Shown here: piece by piece, positions 30,869 to 39,508 of the stretch | Position numbering within the stretch: position 1 is the stretch's first letter | Layout: every line of letters starts with the position of its first letter | DNA from: an uncultured virus (IMG/VR IMGVR_UViG_3300047661_000097) | Taxonomy: Duplodnaviria > Heunggongvirae > Uroviricota > Caudoviricetes | Virus record (IMG/VR): IMGVR_UViG_3300047661_000097 | Length of the DNA stretch: 64,000 bases | Strand: one strand, 5' to 3' | Position numbers and translations under genes: made by a program | The notes under the pieces: model-generated | The model's input: only the letters and a program-made list of their open reading frames with translations | Told to the model about the DNA's origin: nothing | The model's database searches: none

Positions 30869-30994
30869 CTATGTTTTTCCTCGCACGCCTTTGCTAGATA
30901 CTTTGCTCATTCGTTTACCAACGCCATGAACGGGCGGTCGCATCTTTTTTAGTTGCACGAGAATTACATTGCCTACACGCTTTTGGGATTTCAT
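30869..30994 (-). CDS. 41-aa basic peptide (not in ORF track)
   Basis: MKSQKRVGNVILVQLKKMRPPVHGVGKRMSKVSSKGVRGKT, with a GGAG RBS. Confidence 0.5.
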   Translation of the reverse strand: MKSQKRVGNVILVQLKKMRPPVHGVGKRMSKVSSKGVRGKT

Positions 30995-31017
30995 GCGAAG
31001 CTCCGGGGCTATGATGA

Positions 31018-31131
31018 CTAACCTTTTACGGCAATAGTTTTGCTAGCGCGTTTGCCTAGCTTTTTAAGGCGGTCAGTGCCTTTACGGACCTGCGCACACT
31101 TTGCTGAACTAATACGTTTGCGAGATGCCAT
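31018..31131 (-). CDS. 37-aa basic peptide (not in ORF track)
   Basis: MASRKRISSAKCAQVRKGTDRLKKLGKRASKTIAVKG, with an AAGGAG RBS. Confidence 0.6.
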   Translation of the reverse strand: MASRKRISSAKCAQVRKGTDRLKKLGKRASKTIAVKG

Positions 31132-31170
31132 TGTGTTATCTCCTTGGGAATAGAGCACAAAAACAGAAAC

Positions 31171-31240
31171 GGCTCAAGGCCATTTCTGGTCCCGAGCCAT
31201 TGCTTGTTCCCGCCTAGCAGCGAGGGGCATGTCGCTCAAC
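31171..31240 (-). promoter_or_regulatory. Conserved structured late-leader element, copy 5 of 5
   Basis: Core motif, preceded on the minus strand by TTGACA-N17-TAAATC. Confidence 0.8.
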
Positions 31241-31455
31241 GATTATTTTAGATTTAAGCCGAATTTAGTCTAATGTCAAGCACATCTTTAGCTTTTAAAA
31301 ACTTTGCTTACTAATTTAGCTTTTGCTTCTGCTTGGTTTTGCGTCTAAGTAAAAAGCTAAACGCATAAAAGCCGTTCCCAAAAGCAACATAGCGAGGCAT
31401 CCGCAAGCAAATCCATCCCAAAAAGAGCGTACATCAAGCTGAATCATTTTATACC

Positions 31456-32283
31456 TCATGATGTTAATTGCCTTTGTCGAATTGGTAATAGCTTTTCCTG
31501 CATGGTCGAGCAAGATGGAAACAGATCATCCAAGTCGTCATCTTCACCAAAAGTTGCTGGTGCTTCGGCGTTTTCGCTGTTGCTAGTTGTTGATTGAGAT
31601 CCAAAGACAGCTTTGCCAATAAAAGTAGGGCCTTTGGGGGAGGGCAAAAATCCAAGCGCGGTATCAATCGCAGTACGATCGCGATCGCCAGAAGGCAGTT
31701 GGGCGTATTTAATACGCGCTTGGGTAATAAGGGGATGGGAAGTCAAAGCAATAATTTTAACCATATTAACGGAAAGTGCTTGAATGGCAAACATAATCGA
31801 ACCTAGCAGTTGGTTCATTTCGATTTTGGCGGCCAAGGCAATTGCTTCCCAGGGTAGTCGTTCGCGATCGCCAGCGGGTATCGCATCGTATTTTTTAAGA
31901 AAAGCGCTGATTACTTCGTCATGGGGCGCAAAACGCATGGCGGTTATGACAGCAGTTAAGCCGCCCTCGGCATTTCGAAGAAGTGGAGTGATTTGTGGAG
32001 CATTGGCAACATCTTCAGGACGAACTTTCAGACGTTTCAGTGCTTCCGCTGCTCTTTTCCTCTGTTTTATAAGCTTTGGCACTTCGTTCGAGGAATTCTC
32101 GTTCGCGCACGCCGATAAGCTCTTCTTCCCCAAGTTCGCCGAGCCATTCTTCAAGCGAGTTCGTGCTGGTGCCGAGGGCTTCGCGGATGCGCTCTTCTTC
32201 GGTGGGGACACGAGTAACAATGGCTTCCCGGAATTTTTGGGGATCTCGGAATTTCCGTTCGAATTCCTTTTGTCGCGTGACAT
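31456..32283 (-). CDS. Hypothetical protein, possible terminase small subunit (start uncertain)
   Basis: Helical protein upstream of terL. Its 5' part overlaps 32015-32353, so the true start is probably later. Confidence 0.4.
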   Translation of the reverse strand: MSRDKRNSNGNSEIPKNSGKPLLLVSPPKKSASAKPSAPARTRLKNGSANLGKKSLSACANENSSNEVPKLIKQRKRAAEALKRLKVRPEDVANAPQITPLLRNAEGGLTAVITAMRFAPHDEVISAFLKKYDAIPAGDRERLPWEAIALAAKIEMNQLLGSIMFAIQALSVNMVKIIALTSHPLITQARIKYAQLPSGDRDRTAIDTALGFLPSPKGPTFIGKAVFGSQSTTSNSENAEAPATFGEDDDLDDLFPSCSTMQEKLLPIRQRQLTS

Positions 32284-32353
32284 GAATGCCCTCTAGCGCC
32301 GCTGCAATTTGTTCGACGGCATGCACCAACCGTTCTTCCAGTTCAGAAAGCAT
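32015..32353 (-). CDS. Hypothetical protein (112 aa)
   Basis: AGGAG RBS; acidic helical sequence. Confidence 0.5.
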   Translation of the reverse strand: MLSELEERLVHAVEQIAAALEGIHVTRQKEFERKFRDPQKFREAIVTRVPTEEERIREALGTSTNSLEEWLGELGEEELIGVREREFLERSAKAYKTEEKSSGSTETSESSS

Positions 32354-32378
32354 TAGCTTGCTCCTAGTAAGTGCAGTC

Positions 32379-32804
32379 TTACTGGGATAGTTCTACATCT
32401 TCTAGTGCCGATGCTTCGACATTATGACGTTGATAGCGCCGTTTCTTGATGACCGGATTGCCAGCTTCGTCACGGCTAAGCGTAGGAACATCCTGATTGC
32501 TACGTTGGCGTACAACATTAAGCTGCGGCTCAAGGGGTATGTCAACGCGGCCCTCGGCAACTTTTTCGATCACATTGTCAATCGGCTTGATAGGAGGTGC
32601 TCCGACAATAATTTTCGAGTGGATTTCTTCTGTATCCAAGCCGCGAAGCCGCAGATGGTATTCAATCGAACCATCATAGCCACCAGGATAGGAATCAGTC
32701 GCGCGTAGATTGCAATCGTTATGAAGTTTTCCATCTAGTTGATCGAGAAGGTCGTTAATGATCTCATCTCCCGTCAAACCTTCAACATAATCATCTTCTG
32801 CCAT
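32379..32804 (-). CDS. Hypothetical acidic protein (141 aa)
   Basis: First ORF downstream of the repeat array. Confidence 0.55.
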   Translation of the reverse strand: MAEDDYVEGLTGDEIINDLLDQLDGKLHNDCNLRATDSYPGGYDGSIEYHLRLRGLDTEEIHSKIIVGAPPIKPIDNVIEKVAEGRVDIPLEPQLNVVRQRSNQDVPTLSRDEAGNPVIKKRRYQRHNVEASALEDVELSQ

Positions 32805-32835
32805 TGATAACCGCCTTTGTTAACACACATTGCGC

Positions 32836-34063
32836 GTTGCATTTCTTCAATGCACTTAGCACGATTACTATATAACTAGCACAAAAACGAATTCGTGTAA
32901 TGCACTATTTATTTGCCCGTCTAAGATTGTTGCATCTGTTCGATGCACTGCTTGAAGGGTTTTGAATGTGGTGCTTATGCAGCACCCTTTTAAAAGTCTC
33001 CTTCATCCAAGGTTGCGCTTGTTCAGCGCACTGTACAATTTCTTTCCTGGTTGCATTTGTTCAATGCACTTTGATCTCATCCCCAATGAGTTGCATCTGC
33101 TCGATGCACTACAACTTTGTTGCTATGCGCCTGCCGCTATTTTTTGCCATTCCGTGGCGTTGCATCTGCTCGATGCACTAATAAGCAAAAACGAGTTGGA
33201 CTTGGCGATGTGTTGCATTTGCTCAATGCACTTTCCCTATTCCGAGCATCGAATGGTTGCATCTATTCGATGCACTGTGAATTGCGCGGGCCGGTCGCTA
33301 CTCCGGCTTCCTTATTCCAAAGGACCGTATCTAGTGGCGATAAACCTGTCCAACTATCAACGGGTGTCTGCTTTCCACGCCGCCGCGCAAACTTAAACTT
33401 CTTCGATCTTGATCTTAAAAATACGCGCCATCAGCTTACGCTTTATAACGTAATCCTTCGTCATATACAATCAATCAGCTCAATCACCTCCCTATGTCTC
33501 GTTGCATCTGTCCGATGCACTCCAACTTCGTTGCAACCGTGCAGTGTTTTCGCCGCTACAGGCTTCTACATGTTGCATCTGTCCGATGCACTACAAATTC
33601 ATTGAAGCCCTTCAGCATCATCGTTTTGTTCGGGCTTATCTTCGTTGCATCTGTGCGATGCACTACAACTTCGTTGCAACACCATCACCAGACATAGCAG
33701 GCTCCGTTTGAATAGTTGCATCTGTTCAATGCACTCCAACTTTGTTGCAGCGCGCCCTGCAAAGCGTTGCAATCCCTATCAAGACCAGTTGCATCTGCTC
33801 GATGCACTACAACTTCGTTGCAGCCATATATGAGGCTTGAGTCTTGCGGTCTGATCCAAGTTGCCACAAATTTCCCCGTTGCATCTGTGCGATGCACTGA
33901 TAGCCCCGTCCCCGTTGTTGCGTTTGTTTAGCGCACTGTGGCTTGGCTTCAAAAGGCCACGAATCCAAATAGTTGCATCTGCCCGATGCACTACAAATTC
34001 GTTGCAGCCGAAGTTTGGTGCTACATTCCAATCTGAACTCGGTTGCATCTATTCGATGCACTG
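32836..34063 (-). CRISPR. Cas-less CRISPR-like array, 17 repeats (7 full 37-nt, 10 truncated ~21-nt)
   Basis: + strand consensus GTTGCATCTGTNCGATGCACTACAACTTCGTTGCAGC. Starts at 32836, 32929, 33012, 33050, 33090*, 33159, 33212, 33256, 33501*, 33572*, 33644*, 33715*, 33788*, 33878, 33917, 33972*, 34042 (* = full). Unique 33-36-nt spacers lie between full repeats. Confidence 0.85.
33282..33390 (-). ncRNA. tRNA-like structured element inside the array
   Basis: Closing stem TTGCGCGG/CCGCGCAA, D-arm-like GTGGAAAGCAGACAC, enlarged CCGT/ACGG arm, variable-arm hairpin TCCTT/AAGGA, and T-arm-like GCCGG-AGTAGCGA-CCGGC. Confidence 0.55.
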
Positions 34064-34348
34064 TGTTCCTTTCCGTTGTTTGTATTTTACTTTAAGCGCC
34101 AGGAACTTTCGAATCGTCTCCGGATGCGGATATAAAACTTTGCCGCCTTCAATCATTTGTACGGTACGCCGGCCGACGCCTAAAATCTCAGCGAGCCGCT
34201 GTTGGGTGAACAGGTTGTCGCGCCGGAACTTCGACCATTCGCTGGCACGTTTTTTGCTTTCTTTTTCAAGCACTGATTTTTCAACTGCCGATTTAAGCAT
34301 GACGGACTCGCTTTTTGCTAACTTGCTCTCGATTCTGCGCTTTGTCAA
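34049..34348 (-). CDS. XRE-family HTH regulator abutting the array
   Basis: 'RRDNLFTQQRLAEILGVGRRTVQMIEGG'. The stop codon lies inside the first repeat. Confidence 0.8.
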   Translation of the reverse strand: MTKRRIESKLAKSESVMLKSAVEKSVLEKESKKRASEWSKFRRDNLFTQQRLAEILGVGRRTVQMIEGGKVLYPHPETIRKFLALKVKYKQRKGTQCIE

Positions 34349-34682
34349 CTGGGCTTTTCAGCATTTTTCGCAAGCGATCGATTTCGGTTCTAAAATCTTC
34401 GATTTGCGTATCCGCGCCCTCTAGAACCCGTTGCAGATAATCGCGTTGTTCGGCCGTAATTTGTAAATAATACTGCGCTTTTTGTTCCACGAGGAACGCT
34501 TGCGCCATGCGACGAACGGAACCGTTCAGCCGATCGCGTTCCGCCTTAAAGATGTCGCGTTCAAGCGCGTCCTTTTGCAGACGCTGAATTTCTGGCACAA
34601 TTGCCTTTTCGTCTATACCGCCCATTTCTTCGCGTATAGCGTCTACAAGCGCTTGCGCTTTAGACTGACTTGCCTTTTTCAT
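34293..34682 (-). CDS. Coiled-coil hypothetical protein (129 aa)
   Basis: ORF coupled to its neighbours. Confidence 0.55.
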   Translation of the reverse strand: MKKASQSKAQALVDAIREEMGGIDEKAIVPEIQRLQKDALERDIFKAERDRLNGSVRRMAQAFLVEQKAQYYLQITAEQRDYLQRVLEGADTQIEDFRTEIDRLRKMLKSPVDKAQNREQVSKKRVRHA

Positions 34683-35038
34683 TGCGTAGCCTCGAGCTGC
34701 GATTTTTCAGCTTTGTTTATGAGGTGTATTCGCCGCTCAATATGATTGCACGGGGGATCAAGCATGTAAATCAAGTGCTTTTCTCGACTCTTTCTTGCAT
34801 TAGAATCGAGTATTTTTTCAAACGAAAAGTGCGATGGATTGTAGCTCAAAATATGCAAATACCGAATTTTCTCGCAGCGCAAAATCGCCAGCAATCGTGC
34901 CTGAATGTTTTGTGTTGCTTCGACATAGATCCATTCTTCGCCGGTCTTGATCCCAAAAACGCCAGCGACAACGGGTACGCAGTCCAGGATCTGGACTTCG
35001 GTAAAGGGCTGTATTCCTTCTTTATCAAATGGCATCAT
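34679..35038 (-). CDS. Small GIY-YIG-like protein (degenerate)
   Basis: 'AGVFGI...WIYVEATQNIQARL...REKHLI...PPCN' follows the GIY-YIG layout. Confidence 0.5.
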   Translation of the reverse strand: MMPFDKEGIQPFTEVQILDCVPVVAGVFGIKTGEEWIYVEATQNIQARLLAILRCEKIRYLHILSYNPSHFSFEKILDSNARKSREKHLIYMLDPPCNHIERRIHLINKAEKSQLEATQ

Positions 35039-35161
35039 TATTCCTTTACGTACAATAAATACCGGCCTCTTAGCTCAAAACTATTATTACCAAACTTTTA
35101 AGACGCGCAAGGTAATTTTTCGACTACACTTGATTACGTAAAATGACACTCCATTGCAAAA

Positions 35162-35201
35162 ATGCCAGCCACAATTAATCCCTCCGTGGCTGGCATATTT
35201 T
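35162..35201. terminator. Inverted repeat, putative bidirectional terminator
   Basis: ATGCCAGCCAC...GTGGCTGGCAT flanked by A and T runs. Confidence 0.5.
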
Positions 35202-35621
35202 TACCCTCCGATCGGATCAATTACGACTTTTTCGGTCTATAATCTCTTAAACGAAGTGGGAGTCTCCATAAAGGGCCATCTCTAGACTGCCACTTTCGTT
35301 TTGGCAGAAGGGTCGGGGTTGGTCCTCCTACCATTTGCCAATATGCACCAGCTTTTGCCACCTCGGTTGGGCTGGTGCATTTTTATATCTATTTTTAAAT
35401 TTTCCTGTTCAATCTCGACCATTCTGGAGTACACTGGCTTCCATACAGCAGAAGCGTTTTTTCCATCAACACTCCATGGCCTTCTGCTCCACAGTGGCAG
35501 AACCTTCCTTGGGCCCTCTCTGCCATATAAGGCGCCAGTTACATTGGGGGAATGTAGCTGGTGCCTTATATTCCCCACATTCTTTTTGCTACGGGCTTAT
35601 GCCGCATCAAAGGCCGTTGCC

Positions 35622-36065
35622 ATGTTTTCCAACGTTTATGAATTGATCCGCGCTGTTGAAGCTCGCGGTGGCCACTTTACCATCGACGACGAATGCCTTT
35701 TTGTTTTGCCAGAAACCGCCGCCCAGCCGCTTTTTGAAGATCTCCACAAGCACGAGCAAGAAATCATTGCCGCCCTTCTCGATCGCGACGCCGCCACCTG
35801 GCAAAAACCCTTTCAAAGATGGCTTTATGCCGCCTGCATCCAAAGCCCACGCGACGCCGCGAACCTCAATACTCTCTTCAAAAACTTTAAAGCCTATACG
35901 GCCGCCCAAAACCGTGCTCCTTGCTACCCCGATCTGTTCGAATACCTTCTAGCCGAAGCCGGCTTCAAAATTGGCAACATATCCGGCACCTACCTCGTCT
36001 TTGGTCTTATCCTCGCCGAAGACGCCGATATGTTTAAACTATGCCGGCAATATCTATTACCATGA
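35622..36065 (+). CDS. Hypothetical protein (147 aa)
   Basis: Start MFSNVYELI. C-terminus is winged-helix-like. Confidence 0.5.
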   Translation: MFSNVYELIRAVEARGGHFTIDDECLFVLPETAAQPLFEDLHKHEQEIIAALLDRDAATWQKPFQRWLYAACIQSPRDAANLNTLFKNFKAYTAAQNRAPCYPDLFEYLLAEAGFKIGNISGTYLVFGLILAEDADMFKLCRQYLLP

Positions 36066-36071
36066 GGAATC

Positions 36072-36524
36072 ATGCCCAAGAAATCGCTTGCCAACTACGC
36101 CAACAACAAATACTGCATTCTTCTTGTCTACAATCCCAAGGGCTTCTGGACCGCCAGAAACCCTGAACTGCCAGGCTGCACCGCCGACGGCAAAACCAAA
36201 CAAAAAGCCATTGCCTCCCTTAAACTCTCTCGAGAAGCCTGGATCGAATCCCGCCTAGCCGCCGGCCTTGAAGTCCCAATCCCAACCTTCAATTACACAA
36301 ATATTGCACCTAAAATGGTGCAAAAACCCCTAATTTCGTACGCAAATCTACCTCCCCAAAATGCCCATTTCCCCTATAGGCCAGTATCCATGCTTAACTT
36401 GATGTCAACTTCCCTGATATCACTAATTTACAAGATTTTCTCTGCGCTAAATCCGCGCCGTGCTCCCCTAAAATTTCGCTGCGCTAATTCTGCGCTAGGT
36501 CACTTATGTGGTATCTTGCGCTAA
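36072..36524 (+). CDS. HicB-like antitoxin-fold protein (no hicA seen)
   Basis: 'ARNPELPGCTADGKTKQKAIASLKLSREAWIE...GLEVPIP' is the HicB N-terminal motif. Confidence 0.8.
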   Translation: MPKKSLANYANNKYCILLVYNPKGFWTARNPELPGCTADGKTKQKAIASLKLSREAWIESRLAAGLEVPIPTFNYTNIAPKMVQKPLISYANLPPQNAHFPYRPVSMLNLMSTSLISLIYKIFSALNPRRAPLKFRCANSALGHLCGILR

Positions 36525-37302
36525 TTCTGCGCATCGTGGTTTGGGGTTGGTCAAAATACGGGGCGGGGAAGCGTCGACGACATCGCGGCATGGGGGGGTG
36601 CCGGACAACTGCACAACGTCTGATAATGCGGCTCTCGCGCGAATGACAGGGGCACCACTTCCCCCCTGTGTTCGTTCGCATTCTCGGCAGGGATTCACAC
36701 TCTCATTCGTTTCAATCACTTAGAGCGATAACGATCAAATATGCCAAGGATGTAGCACCATAATACGCAAAAAGACAACATAGGGTGACCGCGCCAAACT
36801 CCCAGCATTCACGGGCACCGCGCGCCCTTGTGCCGGCCGCCAGGTGCCGCAATAAGCCGCTCTGCGCGACCTTTTGATATGGGCCCAAAAAGCGCCATTG
36901 AACGCGATAACGTTTCATTCCATTCGATTAAGTTGTTGGCAGATTGCGCACAAAAGTTAGTTTGGCGAGCGGTTTAGGTGTTGTTGTTCTGGCAGTTGGC
37001 GGCGCGGGAGGTTGGCTTGAACCGTTTAGCTTTCGGCATGGAAGTTGTTTGTATTGTGTGCGTTGAATGACTAGGCAGGCAGGTAAGCGTGTAGAGCGCG
37101 CGCGGGGAGCTGGTATGGAGTGCGGCGTTGAAAGTTTGCGCGCGCGAAGGGCTTGGCACTATATAGGGAAGGGATAGATATTAGGGATAGTGAGGAAGTT
37201 TAATAGCCACGGTTTTAGGCCGGTTTTGGGCGGCCGCAGCTTCGCCGGCGTCGTGAAGAGTCTTGTTTGATAAGTTCAGAATCTGGACTGTATGATTGCC
37301 GC

Positions 37303-37323
37303 AGTGCATCGCACAGGTGCAAC
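37303..37323 (+). repeat. Solitary CRISPR repeat handle
   Basis: AGTGCATCGCACAGGTGCAAC is the reverse complement of the 33644/33878 repeat core with one A>G change. Confidence 0.7.
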
Positions 37324-37415
37324 AGCGTTATTGTCGTTTATATTTTATTGTTTTATCCATACTAGTTTGCTGTATAGTAATAGATAGCGGCTTCCGGCCG
37401 CGTGGAGCGCAAACC

Positions 37416-37622
37416 ATGTATGAAGTGATCGTTAGCAATATCGGCAAAGTTTACGACGGCGGTTTTTACCAGTCCGCATTAGATTGTTTCGCCGTTTATC
37501 AACGCAAGTCAATCAACAATGACGGTCGCGCGGCCGGTGAATCGGTTACGCTCCTGAAAGACGGTGAGCCTATACGCGAGTTTGCCGGTAGTCGCGAAGA
37601 AGAGGAGAGCGTTAAAGGGTAA
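37416..37622 (+). CDS. Small early protein
   Basis: TGGAG RBS after the conserved leader hairpin; start MYEVIV. Confidence 0.6.
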   Translation: MYEVIVSNIGKVYDGGFYQSALDCFAVYQRKSINNDGRAAGESVTLLKDGEPIREFAGSREEEESVKG

Positions 37623-37766
37623 CTGCAGCTTTCTCGACCAACATGCAGGGACGGATTTTCCGACCGTCCAGATTCTGGACACAATCGTGTTGGTCGAATC
37701 GCAACTTTCCGGGAAAACCGGATGATTCGCGGCAATTGAAAAGTCGGAAAGATTGGAGCATGAGCA

Positions 37767-37955
37767 ATGAAATTCGTCTTAGAAGTCGAACTCGGCAATG
37801 ATGCAATGCAAACCGGCAGTGACGTGTTAAACGCCTTGTCTGACAGTTTGAAAGATGAAGAGACATTGCCGCTTGAAGTCGGAGTCGGCGGCCGCCTATG
37901 GGACGAAAACGGGAATACAGTCGGCAAATGGGAAGTAATCGGCGAAACGGCATAA
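37767..37955 (+). CDS. Small acidic early protein, paralogue of 43345-43533
   Basis: MKF.LE.ELGNDAMQT...D.NGNTVGKWEV shared by both. Confidence 0.65.
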   Translation: MKFVLEVELGNDAMQTGSDVLNALSDSLKDEETLPLEVGVGGRLWDENGNTVGKWEVIGETA

Positions 37956-38080
37956 TTACAAGCCTGAATGTAGCTGCACAAGGGTGAAGATTTTCTTCAC
38001 CCTTTTATTTTCTATTGCATTTACCAAACTAGTTTGCTATATTTATATCTAACGGCTACCAGCCGTATGGAGCGTACACA

Positions 38081-38605
38081 ATGGGATGGACCACGGAACA
38101 TGCAACACGCGATGAAATTGTCACACGAGAAATAGGCCCTTGGAAGTCCGTTGAAGGCGCCACGGTCACGGCCGTCAAGCATGCGCGTTCTGGCAATGAA
38201 GACTGGTTTCTCTTCCAAGCCGAAAAAGACGGCAAAGTCGCTGAAAAGTTCATTATGGTCATGATCTGGGAGCAAGGCGCGCACAAAGAAATTGATGAAG
38301 CCTGCCACCCGTTTTACTACGGCTGCCCGGTTGAATGGTTCGATGAAGTTCCCCTGCCTAAATACGGTACCGCAGAAGCATGGCGCGATGAAGTCCGCCG
38401 GCGCGCGACGCCGAAAGCCGCGTTGAACGGCTACGTTTGTTTCTATCAAGGTAAGCGCGTGGAAGTTTACGCGGAAACGACTTTCGGCGCGCAAAATAAG
38501 GTTGCCGCACAGTTGCACGTGCCGGCCAAAAAACAATACCTGATCTCCGTCAACCTTTGCGAGCGCGCGGACGGTTCCGAAGTCATTCACACGGCAACGT
38601 TCTAA
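38081..38605 (+). CDS. Early hypothetical protein (174 aa)
   Basis: RBS after the leader cassette; 'KEIDEACHPFYYGCP...AWRDEVR'. Confidence 0.6.
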   Translation: MGWTTEHATRDEIVTREIGPWKSVEGATVTAVKHARSGNEDWFLFQAEKDGKVAEKFIMVMIWEQGAHKEIDEACHPFYYGCPVEWFDEVPLPKYGTAEAWRDEVRRRATPKAALNGYVCFYQGKRVEVYAETTFGAQNKVAAQLHVPAKKQYLISVNLCERADGSEVIHTATF

Positions 38606-38833
38606 GAGAAAAGGTGCATTATGCTTTTGCTTAAAATTGCAGCGGTAATGATTATTATCGAGTTTGTAGGCGGAATCATCGGCGTTTTGCTCGAATGGTT
38701 CGATTTTTAGACGGGCTTTCCCATTATGCGGCCGGTACAGTTTATTCTGTATCGGCCTTTTCTTTTTATTGCATTTACCAAACTAGTTTGCTATATTACT
38801 TTCAGCGGCTACCCGCCGTATGGAGACGAACCT

Positions 38834-39508
38834 ATGAAGCTCGATACCGAAACACGCATTGTGACCTTTGAATCAAAACCTTGCTACGGTTGCAGCGAAA
38901 ACGGCATTAGTTCCGGCAAGCGCTTTGCAAACGAATGGCAACCTTGCCCGGAATGCCACGGCACAGGACGCGGCAAGCGCGGCGGACGGCATGGCTGCCA
39001 AAAGTGCAATGGTATGGGGAAAATCATCGTTCAAACATCGCGCCTTGAGACTTGCCCCAATTGCAATGGAACCGGAAAACAGCCTGAAAACAATTGTGAC
39101 GATGTACCGGCCGGATGGTGGCAATCCTTTGCATTCCGCGTTTATCGGTCAGAGCGTAAACAGACCTATAACGAATATCTGTTGGGAATTGGATGCGTTT
39201 ACAGCTGCACAGATTACGGCACGGCCGCTGGTATGACCGATGAAGCCCTTATCGCCAAAATTAAAAGCGAAGAGGACGGCCACTTTTTACAGCTCTGCAA
39301 AGTCGCCAACAAAGAAAACAAACTTGCCGACCATATCGGGATTTTTGTTAGTGCATCTGGCTATTCTGTGCGGCCGGTTTTCGAGCCGGATGCCACGGAC
39401 GCCAAACGAACCATCGCCAGCGAACGCGGCAAGAATGAAGGTTTTCAAGTCGGCGCGAAAATTGCCCGCAATGGCGGTAACGGTACTCTCGGCGCAATCT
39501 ATCGCTAA
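38834..39508 (+). CDS. DnaJ-type CxxCxGxG zinc-finger protein
   Basis: CPECHGTG, CQKCNGMG, CPNCNGTG. Confidence 0.7.
   Translation: MKLDTETRIVTFESKPCYGCSENGISSGKRFANEWQPCPECHGTGRGKRGGRHGCQKCNGMGKIIVQTSRLETCPNCNGTGKQPENNCDDVPAGWWQSFAFRVYRSERKQTYNEYLLGIGCVYSCTDYGTAAGMTDEALIAKIKSEEDGHFLQLCKVANKENKLADHIGIFVSASGYSVRPVFEPDATDAKRTIASERGKNEGFQVGAKIARNGGNGTLGAIYR

Noticed and set aside
32968..32988. GTGCT-TATGC-AGCAC hairpin as an extra repeat
   Set aside because: Geometry and spacing fit, but the sequence is too divergent to count.
33282..33390. Functional tRNA gene
   Set aside because: No TTCRA T-loop, no 7-nt anticodon loop and no CCA.
32836..34063. Plus-strand type I reading (one repeat ends ATTGAAGC)
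   Set aside because: That end is variable and is missing in 10 of 17 copies, while the other end is invariant. Disfavoured but not excluded, since one G-U pair at 33917 favours plus.
32962..34424. Many overlapping Cys/His-rich ORFs across the array
   Set aside because: They are translations of the repeats (CICSMH, LHLSDAL), not genes.
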